Assembly (NCBI RefSeq): GCF_964213995.1 | Contig: NW_027590120.1 | Span: 1,550,001-1,614,000 of the forward strand | Reading direction: 5' to 3' | Source of the DNA: Mustelus asterias | Taxonomy: Eukaryota | Length of the DNA stretch: 64,000 bases | Part shown: positions 23,534 through 34,435 of the stretch, piece by piece | Layout: each line of letters opens with the position of its first letter | Numbering within the stretch: position 1 is the first letter of the stretch | Notes under the pieces: generated by a model | Told to the model about the DNA's origin: nothing | Database searches by the model: none | Seen by the model: only the letters and a program-made list of their open reading frames with translations | Translations under genes and position numbers: made by a program

Positions 23534-23836
23534 ATTCCAGTTAATCTTTGTCACAGAGTTCTCTTCTCCACAACTCTGCTGCAGGTGACACGGTTACTTT
23601 AAGCTGTGAATATTCAGGGAACTGTCAGTCCAATGTACACTGGTACAGTCAGTCCTCAGGACAGGCTCCGAAATACCTGCTTCAGACACACACTTCAGGA
23701 GAGGAGAATGAAAATGCTGCCGAGGGCAGAATTTCGGCTTCCACCGATTCTTCCTTCGAAATCAGCCGCTTAAGGATCTCGAAACTAGAAATTAACGACT
23801 CAGCTGAGTATTACTGTGCGCTGAGTCGGCCCAGAG
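23534..23836 (+). pseudogene. Leaderless supporting TCR Vdelta of NAR-TCR (single early stop codon)
   Basis: Acceptor cctgcag, phase 1: (D)SS*SLSQSSLLHNSAAGDTVTLSCEYSGNCQSNVHWYSQSSGQAPKYLLQ...RISAS...LRISKLEINDSAEYYCALSRPR. Canonical Cys, Trp and YYC intact, extra Cys in CDR1, TAA at 23542-23544. No leader exon recognised between the J and this exon. Confidence 0.85.
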
Positions 23837-24403
23837 CACAGTGATACAGAACACGGAGAGAACTGTACATGAACCTGAACATGGCGAGTATTACAGACAC
23901 AGTGACACGGAACAGGGAGAGAGCTGTACGAAAACTAAACATGTTGAGGATTACAGACACAGTGATACATAACAAGGGGAGATCTGTACAAAAACCTGAA
24001 CATGATGAGGTTTACAGACAAACATGGAAACAGAACACGGAGAGAGCTGTACAGAAACCTGAACATAATGAAGGTTTAATGAACATAATGAACATAATAC
24101 AGACACAGTGATAAGGACTTTGGAGAGAGTTGTCCAAAAACATAAACGCCGTGTAGCTTACAAATACAGTGGCGCAGAACACGGAGAGAGCTGTACAAAA
24201 GCCTGAACATGGTGAGGATTACAGACACAGTGATACAGAATTCGCAGAGAGTTGTACAAAAAACTGAACATGGTGAGAATTACAGACACAATGATACAGA
24301 ACATGGAGAGAGCTGTTTAAAAACCTGAATATGGTGAGGATTACAGACACAGTAATACAGAACCCGGAAAGAGCTGCACAAAAACCCGGGTATGGTGAGG
24401 ATT
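23837..24403 (+). repeat. Tandem array of nine 23-spacer RSS units (~61-bp period)
   Basis: Heptamer/nonamer starts: 23837/23867, 23898/23928, 23958/23988, 24021(dead)/24051, 24104/24134, 24165/24195, 24226/24256, 24287/24317, 24348/24378. All spacers are 23 bp. Confidence 0.93.
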
Positions 24404-27069
24404 GTTGCTTTTAATCGTCAGCATATTAAAAATCTGATACTTTTGTTTGTTTAACACTTTTTTCCACTGGTAAACACCCCAAGTGGAAGATTTTTTGGCG
24501 TTCGCGGCATTTTTATGTATTTGTAACTTGCTATAACTTTACTCAATTTTAATGAAATATGAATCTGTGAGTCATGACGTGATACTTTATATAAGCAACA
24601 ATTTCTTACGACCTGGAATGCACCGTCAGAATGAGTGGTGTGTAATGGTCAACCGAAACGTTCAAACGGTTAATGGATAAGTGCTGGGAAAGGAAGCAAA
24701 CTGGTGCAGCGCTGCAGAGAAGTGCATGGGGAGTGGGGATAATTCGAATGCATTTCTAAAGGGACAAAACCTAATCAACATTTCATGTCTGCACTGTACG
24801 ATTCCACAATGCATGTTACAGATCCTGCAAGCCAGATTCTACAAGCCTTATTCTTTATTTATTTAATTGTTTATCTCGTAAGTTCAATTTTCTCCCTGCC
24901 TCTCAAAGTTGAAATATCTCCAATTAGCTTTGTTTGATTTCTACTTTGGCTTTTTGCTGTTTTCGTTTCATGCAATCATGGGAGCTTGTCCAAAAGTCAA
25001 ATGTCGGTTGGGTTCAATCTGTTCAGTTTCTGCAGTGGCTTTACATTATCTCACTGGGAACTGCCTCTTCCAGCTCTCTGACTATTTCAATTCGTTCTGC
25101 CCATTAGTTGATTCTCTCCCGGGTTCTCTCGGGGGGCGGGAGGGGGGGGCGGGGGCTCTTGTATAATTTTTTACATTGTACAGAATCTGCAGAGAGGAAT
25201 TGGCCATTCGGCCCAACTAATCCATGTCCGTGTATACTGCAGACGAGAGGAAAATGAATCGATTGGTCCATCATGCCTGTGCTGTCTTTGAAATAGCTAT
25301 TCGATTTTGTCCCTGTTTCCTCTTCTTTGCCTATAGTTCTTTAAATCCAATCCCAACCCGCACCCCCAGTCAGTTCATGCAATCGCCTTTTGAAGCTTCC
25401 CAATGTATCTACAGCAACATCTTCCATATTACAAAAATACAGAGGAAAAATGGTTCTATTTATCTCCCTTCAGGATAGTTTACCAATTATTGTAAACCTT
25501 CGTGCTCTTCATTGGCCCAGTGGAAACTGTTTCACCTTACTCTCTCAAAGCTCCAAGTTAACTTGAATTAAATTCCCGTTCACCATTATGGACAGAAGCA
25601 GAACAATTAAGAACTTCTCTAACCTCCCTTTTTAATTGAAATCTCTCATCCCCTGACACCATTCCAGTAAATCTCCTTTGTAATCTCTCCAGGACCCTCA
25701 CATCCCTTCAAATACGTACTGACCAGAAATAAACACAATTCCTCAGATGAGGAGTTTTATGCTGTGCCTCAATTTATAACAGACATCCTCTGTGCAGTAT
25801 TAGCAATCTTATCATCTGCTCATTCCGATGATAAAAGGATGTGTGCATGCATCCGTTCTGTTGCTGCACACATTTAAAATAATCCCATTAATTTACATTG
25901 CATCTTCTAATTCCGCCTACCAAATGTGCCCTTCACACATCCCTGCATTAAGTTCAAATTTGCGCGTGTCTCTCCATACCAAAGGATATAGGGGTAAAGG
26001 CGGGATTAGTGGATTGAATTTGATGATCAGCCATGAGCATAATGAATGGTGCAGCAGGCCCGAAGTGTGGAATGGCCTCTCCTGCTCCTCTCTTCTATAT
26101 TTCCATATTTCAAAAACCTGTGCATATCCTTCTGAAACTTACTACTATCCTCCTCAGTGTTTCACATTCTGAATTCCACATCTAAAGGTGTTGAAATGAT
26201 CTCAATTTTGTAGAAGCCAATGTTATTTATGTGCATCAGAGAGAGTAATGGTCCTAATATTGACCCCCAGTGAACATTACTGTGTACTCTCCAAAGACAG
26301 AATAACTATCGTGAACGACTTTTCTCTGCTTTCTATTTATTTTCCAATATAATATTCATAGTGTTGCCATCCCTTTATTACTCGTGCTGCTGCTTTTATA
26401 CAACTCCATTAAACGATACTTCATCAAACGCCATTCATATGCATAACATCAAGCCTTTCGGTAATCACAGACCTTCTTGCTACTTCGACAAGAAACTACT
26501 CGGAGTTTATCAGATATGTATTCCCACCATCAATTCATTCTTCTGCTCATTTGTAACAATATTTTACATCAAGAAGCAAATGTTTTTTGCCCGCCGTTAT
26601 GCTCTGTCGTGAGTTGTTCAAGGCTAACATTGTCCTGACACATTTTCATTTCCTGGTTTTATCCCTTTCTGCTTTTAACGCAACTTGGAGCGTTCCAACC
26701 ATCCAATGTTCTGACACCACCCCAATATCCATTGAGGATCGAAAAATTATTTGAATGTCCTCCATTATTACCATTATTCGTGCCGTCAGCAACCCTGCTG
26801 CATGTCATCCAGACAGCATACATATTCTACTTTATCGTGACTTAAAATGTTTTGGTCTGAAAGGAGTTAACATAGCTTGTTTGTTTAGTGAATGTAACTT
26901 ATATCCGTCTCAGTGGTTCCTAAATGTGGCACCATGGGGTTCCCAAATCCAATTAATAAGGGATGTCTTGCAACACAACAGTATAATCGGGCACGTCCAA
27001 CACTGAGCGAGATCAGCAGCTCCAGACGGAGGGACAGGAGATATCAGAATCTGAGAACAATAGATTGAA

Positions 27070-27215
27070 ATGGAATCGAATCTGAGAACAATGGGTCGCA
27101 ACGTTATAACAATGGAACAGAGTCGAAGAACAATGGATTGCAATGTTACAACAGGGGATCAGAATGTGACAGCAATGCGTTGCAATGTTACAACAATGGA
27201 TCGGAGTTTATCCAT
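27070..27215 (+). repeat. 21-bp (7-aa) coding tandem repeat at the GPCR N-terminus
   Basis: MESNLRT MGRNVIT MEQSRRT MDCNVTT GDQNVTA MRCNVTT MDRSLSM. Confidence 0.85.
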
Positions 27216-30172
27216 GGCACTTGCCTTACTCACTCAGCAATGGATACCATTACCATTAGCATGGCGGATCCGGTATACACTACACGTTATTCAAGCTGTT
27301 TACTATCCAATTTTGGCTGTTGTTGGTGTCCCTGGTAAGTCTCCGGAGCGGATTTTTAACTACTTTTGTTATTTCACTTAACGGTGACACAGTGGTTAGC
27401 ACTGCTGCCTCACAGCACCTGGGACCTGGGATCAATTTCCGGCTTGGGTCACAGTGTGTCTGGAGTTTGCACACTCTCCCTCTGTCTGCCTTGGTTTCCT
27501 GCGAGTGCTCCAGTTTCCTCCCACAGACTGAGAGATGTGCTGGTTAGGTGCATTGACCCAAACATTGTTATAACGTTGCAGTTCAGTTCACGGCTTCATT
27601 CATCTTCTCTGGATCCAGACATTTTCCAAGCAGCGCATAAGACACACCTATCCCCACCCAAAGGTTGCTCTCACATTTCTGTTAGAAACATGGAATCATA
27701 AATGCATAGAATCCCTATAAGGCAGGAGGAGGCCGTTCGGAAACAAAACAATGAAGTAATTGGCAAGGAAACAAGCCCCAGAAACTAAAGAATAGCTAGC
27801 AGTAGAAATTAGGCAGTGAAACGAAAAGTTTACATGAAGATGAAAGTGTAAAGTAAACCAGGGATTGGAATTTGAGCAGGGTACTGATAAAGATTGCTAC
27901 TCCACGGTGCACAGAGATCTGAGAGTAGATTGACAATACTGGTACTGAAAACTGGACACCAAAATCGCTAATGTGCGCATCAGGAAAATGTTCTTAATGA
28001 ACAAGCTCTCACAGCACGACAATGCTTCAGCCATCAGAGGTACGCTCACTAACTATTTACAGTTGAAAGTTTGGAATTCTCCTTTGCTGGTCACTTAGTG
28101 TTGCATTCAGGCACGTAAAAAGACGACATCAATGTCCTTTTAATGTGAACACAAGGCAAGGGTGACTAATAGAGTGTAGGTTTCCCAAGTGAAGAATTAA
28201 CCCAATTCGTGTGGTACGAGTTCGACATACAAGTCCAGCCCATCATCTGCCGATCCTTCCTTGCACCTGATTTAAAACTTGTCTCTTCAATTTATAATGT
28301 CTTTCGTGCCTTCAGAATTCATAGAAATTATCGCACATTTTGCTCCTCCAGTTACCCACTAGCTAACGCTTTACTTCTGGATTGCTCCATCACCCCTCCA
28401 TGCCACGTCACGTTTGCCTCCCCTCCCTCCACACAGTTAGCCTTTGTTATTCAGCAACAAAGGAATTAGGAGCAAATTCTACCCTTCCAGCCTGCTCTGC
28501 CATTTAATCAAATAATGGTTTATCTCTCCCCGGTCTCAAACCCACTTTCCCACCTGTTCCCCATATCGCTTGATCCCTTTATTATTAGCGATATATCTAT
28601 CTTCTTCTTGAAATTATTCAACGATTGAGATTGCACGCGCCATGGGGCAGATAGTTGCACAAATTCAACACCCTCTGTGAGACGTAATTCCTCCATGTCT
28701 CATTTCTAAATCCACCGCCTCTCAAACTATATCTGTGACCTCTTGTTCGAGATTGCCCCATTAGAGGAAGCATTTGGTCTAGTTTTACTGCATCAACCCG
28801 TTTTAAAAGTTTATGTACCTCGATCAGATCCCTTTCTCATCCTTCTAAACTCCAATGAGTATAAGCTCAAACTGCTTAATGCTTCCTCATAAGTCATCTC
28901 TGCTTCCTCCCACTATGCTGTGGAGATGCCGGTGTTGGACACCGGTGGGCACAGTAAGAAGTCTCACAACACCAGGTTAAATCCAACAGGTTGATTTGCA
29001 ATCACGAGTTTTAGGAGCACTACTCCTTGAAGGAGCAGCACTCCAACATCTGGTGGTTCGAAATCAACCTCTTGGAATTTAACCTGGTGTTGCAAGACCT
29101 CTTCTTGCGTTCTCCCACTATATAACATACCTTTCCCTTTCTCCTTTCTAGTCAATTTATTTCAATACATCACGGGATGCAGTAACACATCTCATTAACT
29201 CCTCAATCAAAATGGTAACTTTCCCCACAACGTGATGGATAATTTTAGTGCTAATTTTCCTTCCTTACAGGGAACTTAATCACGATTGTCATTCTCACGT
29301 ACAAACAATGTGGTCTCTCCAAATGTGTTGCTCGTTATCTGGTGGCGATGTCAGTGGCTGATCTACTCGTCATTATGCTGGACCTGATATTGAGACAAAT
29401 TCTGATACTTTACGCAGAATCGTTTTATTTCTTGCACTCCATCCCCATGTGTAATTTCCACGCTGCCCTACTTTATGCTGCCACTGACTGTTCAGTCTGG
29501 TTCACCGTCGCTTTCACCTTTGATCGATTTGTGGCTATTTGTTGCCAGAAGCTGAAAAGTAAATATTGCAGTGAGAAAACGGTGGCCGTGGTTCTCGGAA
29601 CAGTGACTGTGCTGAGCTGTTTAAAGAATATTTTCTGGTGCTTTTTGTTTTTAGGTGGGTATTCGCTGTTAAACGACCCCTGGTTTTGTGACTACACATT
29701 AGACGTTGTGTTCTCTCCGCTCTGGGGAGCATTTGAATTCATCCATAGCATTCGAACCCCATGTGTCCCGTTTGTCCTGATTCTGTTGCTTAATGTTTTC
29801 ACCATCAGACATATCTTGGTGATGAGCAATGCCCGCAGGAGACTTCGGGCTCACAGCTGTGGGGAGAATTACAAAGATCCAGAGATGGAGAGTCGAAGGA
29901 AATCAATCATTTTAGTACTGGTTATCTCGGCCAATTTCATCTTTTTATGGTCAACGTTAATGATATATTCGATATCGAGGCGGATGTATGGTTTAGGGTA
30001 TCAGTCTCTCAACTTAGATCTTTACATTCTGGAATTAGGTTTCATGTTGCAGCTCCTTAGTTGCTGCACAAACACTGGGATTTATGCCATCACCCAGCGT
30101 AAGTTCAGAGAACAGTTGAAGAATGCGCTGAAATATCCTTTCATTCCAATTCTCCAATTCATTCAAAAATGA
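27070..30172 (+). CDS. GPR139/GPR142-like class A GPCR, two exons (27070-27334, 29271-30172), 388 aa
   Basis: Exon 1 ends YYPILAVVGVP-G|gtaagt. Exon 2 after ccttacag continues in phase: GNLITIVIL..CGLSKCVARYLVAMSVADLL...SVWFTVAFTFDRFVAICC...DPEMESRRKS...LLSCCTNTGIY. 265+902 nt = 389 codons with no internal stop. Confidence 0.9.
27373..27582 (+). mobile_element. HE1-type SINE segment in GPCR intron
   Basis: tRNA-like head cggtgacacagtggttagcactgctgcctcacagc and V-SINE core; inverted twin of 23285-23494. Confidence 0.88.
28917..29111. mobile_element. Miniature palindromic Penelope-derived element
   Basis: Starts tgtggagatgccggtgttggac...cagtaagaagtctcacaacaccaggttaaatccaacagg like 3353 and folds back (ttaacctggtgttg). 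10-bp TSD ctcccactat at 28907-28916 and 29112-29121. Confidence 0.75.
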
Positions 30173-30689
30173 GAAGAACTGAAACACTGTGAGTTTTCAA
30201 AATGACCTCATTAACAAAATAAAAACCTGGTCTGAATTGGGGCATTGGCATGCAGTGAAAATTGAAATCGTTGAAATTCCTCCTCTTTCGTTGGCCAGTT
30301 TAACTGTCCCTTCACGCAAGTTCCAAAGAAAGCAATCCTCGAAAGCTCTATTCTACAATTCGCTGGTGAAAATGTCCATCACTTCACCATTGCAGACTTA
30401 TTGGTCAGTAATCATATCCCCTTCATCCTACGGGCCATGGAGAGTTCATGAGAGACATGTGACATGCATCAACTCCTATGGAATGTGAGATAAGGATGGC
30501 AGAGGGGGGATGGCCGTGTGGCTTTGGGTAAATGCACGCTGTCTCTGAACTCACACTGGACACCCCACATTCAATAATTCACATTGGCAATAGATTCACA
30601 CTGGTTCTGAACTCGCGCCTAATAATCAAAGACGGCCCAAATCAAAATTGAATATACCAATCAATGAAGGGTGATGAATGTTTTGGAAT

Positions 30690-31052
30690 TTGTGTCTGTG
30701 CACGTGTGTCTAGGTGCGTGTGTTGTGTGCATCATTGTGTGCCTGAGTGCACGTACATCTCTGTTTGTGTATGCATCTATGATTGTCTGTGTGTATGTGT
30801 GTGAGTGCAAGTGGTTCTGTCCGTGTGTGTGTGTTTGTTTTGTCTGTGTGCATGTGTGTGTTTATGTGTGTGTGCATGTGTGTCTGCCTCTTTCTCTGAG
30901 TGTCATGTGGCTCTATGAATGTGTTTGTGCGTGTGTGTGCATGTATGTGTTTGTGTGGGCGCATGTCTATTATGAGTGTTTCCGACTGTCTGTCTATGTG
31001 TCTGTAAGTGTGCATTCGTGTGTGTGTGTGCTTATATGTGTTTTTATGTGTA
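30690..31052. repeat. Degenerate (TG)n low-complexity tract
   Basis: About 360 bp of interrupted TG dinucleotides. Confidence 0.9.
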
Positions 31053-31629
31053 TTCGTCGCCATTCAACTGCATCAACAAGAAACATTGGTTAATCAGCAA
31101 GAAAATCTCCCTGTCCCCTGTTTAAGCAAACAATATCAGGATTGGCAGAGCATATATCTAATACAAAACAACTCTTCCCGGATACCGCTCAAACACTCTT
31201 TTTCGGAACACATGGTTTTACACAAAATAAAGTTCGTACTGCACCATGACACTAAAGAATTCGAGGGAAGTTGCAAAAGCAAAGAGCTACAGATTCAATC
31301 TCATTCTGCACTGCACCAGCAGCGATATCCAGAATAGCTAACGCACAATTGAATGCAGAATTATTCTGGACCAATCATGTGTCGAACTGTAAATGAAATG
31401 AGTTTTCAAATTGTAAGTAAATAGAAATAACATTGTATTGTCTGAAATTAAACAGCTGATTTGGAGTTATATAATCGTTTGGAATCATATCATATTTTGC
31501 CCAGGCTATTTTACCACCCTATTCCCGCAATCCTGTGCATTTAAGATGGCTAATCAACCTGACCTGCACACCTCTGGACTGTGGGGGGAAACGGGAACAC
31601 CCAGAGGAAACCCATGCAGACACGGGGAC

Positions 31630-31855
31630 AGCAAACATTGGAGAGACCAAACGTAGACAGGGTGACATGTTTTCAGAATCCCTTCCACCCATCTGCAATC
31701 AGGACTTGGACCTTCCTGTCGCTTGCCATTGCTCTCCTGTCCATAGATCCATCCTTGGCCCTTTGCCATGTTCCAGTGTCGCCCAACGTAAACTGGAGGA
31801 AGAAAACCTCATCTTCCAACTAGTTACTTGACAGCTTTCTGAATTGAGTATTCAT
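31630..31855 (+). mobile_element. Degenerate Penelope-like GIY-YIG fragment (second family)
   Basis: ORF 31535..31831 contains IGETKRRQGDMFSE...DLDLPVACH...QRKLEEENLIFQL. Confidence 0.7.
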
Positions 31856-31859
31856 CATC

Positions 31860-32186
31860 GAAACCCTACAGTGCAGAAGGAGGCCATTCAGCCCATCGAG
31901 TCTACACCGACTCTCTGACAGAGTACCTTACCTAGGCGCTTTCCACCACACATTTACAATGGCTAATCCATCTAAGTTACGCATTTGAGGACATTGGGGA
32001 AATTTAGCATGGCCAATCCACCTAAACTGCACAGGAGTGTGGGAGAAAACCGGAGCATCGGGAGGAAGCCCACGCAGACAGGGCGAGAATGTGCAAACTC
32101 CAAAGGACAGTCAGGCACAGCCAGAATTGAACCCGACTCCGTGGCGTTGTGAGGCAGCAGTGCTAACCACTGAACCACCGTGTCAC
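31860..32186 (-). mobile_element. HE1-type SINE
   Basis: Reverse-complement SINE head and core (gtgaggcagcagtgctaaccactg; aatttagcatggccaatcc). Confidence 0.85.
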
Positions 32187-33257
32187 CTAACTTTAAAACT
32201 CAGAACAACTTCAGAACATGAACGCCCTTTTCCGCATTCACCACATTTCCATTCAGTTTATTCCATCCATTTTTTATATTTTGCATTTTTATCTTTACAT
32301 TTTTATATTTGCACTTCAAAAATCTCGCCTTCCATCTTTCCCCATTGCTCACTCAACTAGGGCCCATTGCCGTATTCCTACACTCTTGCACCTTTGTTCT
32401 ACCATTTGCACACTCCGATCAGTAATGGACGCTCGTTTCATCATTATCGTCTTTATTGTCACTATTTACATTCCCTTTGTCTCTCATTCCTATCAATTCC
32501 AGCGCCCCACCCCACCCCCTCCCCACCACACACATACCTCATTATCACAATATAAATCTTGTCTAATTTTCCTTGTCTTCAACTCTGAAGTTGAAGACTT
32601 CGTTGGCACAATAATTCGTCTCAACAGATGTCAGGTCTGCTTAGATTTTCCTGTTTTTATCTCACGCATGCAATTGATGTGTAAGGAGCTGAAATCAATA
32701 ATAATGTTCCTACCGAACGTTATATAACATTCCTTTTCTATTGGAGCTGCGGTACTTCCACGTTCATTTAATGCTTGGAGGAAGGGGTGTCCAAACAGGT
32801 GTGTCAAACTTCGTGAAGTTTTCAATATTGAACGAAATCTGCATTAGCGATCTCGGATAAAATTGGGGCTGAAGCTACGGACAGCGAGAATGGAATTATT
32901 CAAAGAAGCTATGGCCTGAAATTTTTAAACTAAAGACTGGAGGAGGGAATACCGGACATTCTGGGTGACATGTGGAGACAGGGTGTGAGAAAGAACAAGT
33001 AGACAGGGGAAGACTTCAAAAAGAAAATAAAGGGTTAATGAAAACAACATAGATCAATTCGTAATGTTCATTGTTATTAGTTGGCACAGGAATATTACTG
33101 CCCAAGCGGTCGTTTTCTGTTGTCGTCGAGGGTTGTCTTTTGTGACTATTTCACGATGGTCCCTGACTGTGACTTTCACTATAGAGCCTGCATTTTTGCT
33201 TCTAAGAGTCGTTGTGATAGGACCCTCCGCTGAACACTAACTGGAACGTTCATTGTG

Positions 33258-33593
33258 GTGTTTTAAGAAAGAATGCGGTATATCTGTCGCACAGTGGGCT
33301 GCATCGCACAGAAATATACGCACTGTCAAGATCATTCTATGGCCGTTCATTAATTCCATAATCGTGGCTGTTTTATTTAAAGTAGCCAAAAAGCGATCAG
33401 TGATATCGGGGTCTCTGAATAGTTTTCCTCTCATAATATGAAGCAAGTACTTTGGAAGCTGCCCGGGGATTTGGGTGCACCAGTACGCATAGCAGCTGAG
33501 ATAGCTTGTATTCAAAAGCTGCGGATTTCAATCTGTTCTATTATATGGCTCAGTTTGGACCGGACACGTTGAGCTCCTATGTATAGTATCCCC
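33258..33593 (-). pseudogene. Highly decayed TCR V segment with degenerate 23-RSS
   Basis: Minus frames read YAYWCTQIPGQLPKYLLH...DITDRFLATLNKTA and, after a frameshift, DSA(V)YFCAMQ. Heptamer CACTGTG (33290-33296), 23 bp, then ttaaaacac. Confidence 0.7.
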
Positions 33594-34435
33594 CTGTTAA
33601 CTAGGGAGGGTGATCCGTGTTTGTACATGTTACTTCAGGTACAAATACCTCTGTCGAAGTAAAGAACTGCGAGCATTACACCCCCGCGATTCCCGCCACA
33701 CTCCCACCCCCACTCTTACCCTAACACCACCCTCCGCGCCCCCTCCCCAATCGAATATGTCTACTATTTGTGAATTGAAGAGTTGAGAAGAGATCAATTA
33801 ATGGGGTGGCTGGATTATGAGGCTGTAGTGACCATAACATGCCAGCCGTAAAATTCCATGGAGTTGCAGTTTCAAAGTCAGTTTGGGACTCGAAAGGTCT
33901 ATTGCAATGTCCGAGATTGCATTGAATAAAAACCCCGTGGCGGCATTCGAAATGGAACCTGGTTGCGTTCATTAATAACTCAGGCAAGTTTGGATTAAAT
34001 TCCAAGTTTCCCATGTCAGTGTTATAGGTCAGAGTGAGTTGTGCCAGAAATGTGGTGGAGTGTGAAATGTAAATTTAAATAAGCAGATACACTTTAAATA
34101 TACACGGAGCAAAATGTAAACAGGGTTGGGCTCGATTTGTACAGGGACTGCGAAATAAATGATAGATGAAAAATGGAAAACTCAGAGATAAAGAGATATG
34201 TGTTCAATTATAATGAGACAAAAATGAATACCAGGTGTGTGAAAAAATAGTCAACTGTTTAGATCAATAAAAGAGAATGTAATTAAATGATTCGCTGAAA
34301 CAGACACTCGTTTTAGCTAGAATAACACTGCAAGAGTTAAGTTTATAATCTTCGCAATTTGGAAGTTACTGACAGAGAGATAAACTCCTTTGTCTTACTC
34401 ATCATTTTCCCTCTGGAAAACAAGGAATTTAATTT

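Noticed and set aside
23869-24111. 80-aa ORF across the RSS array
   Set aside because: It is a by-product of the repeat, separated from the V frame by TGA at 23842 and without recognisable protein features.
23876-24347. Linkers (…ggtgaggattacaga) as an array of D segments
   Set aside because: They loosely resemble TCR delta D sequences and have a 3' 23-RSS, but none has an inward-facing 5' 12-RSS.
23837-24403. CRISPR-like repeat/spacer appearance
   Set aside because: The DNA is vertebrate with no cas genes, and both spacers and linkers are homologous between units. The unit is a heptamer-23-nonamer RSS.
30671-31093. Cys/Val-rich and His/Thr-rich ORFs
   Set aside because: These are translations of the TG microsatellite.
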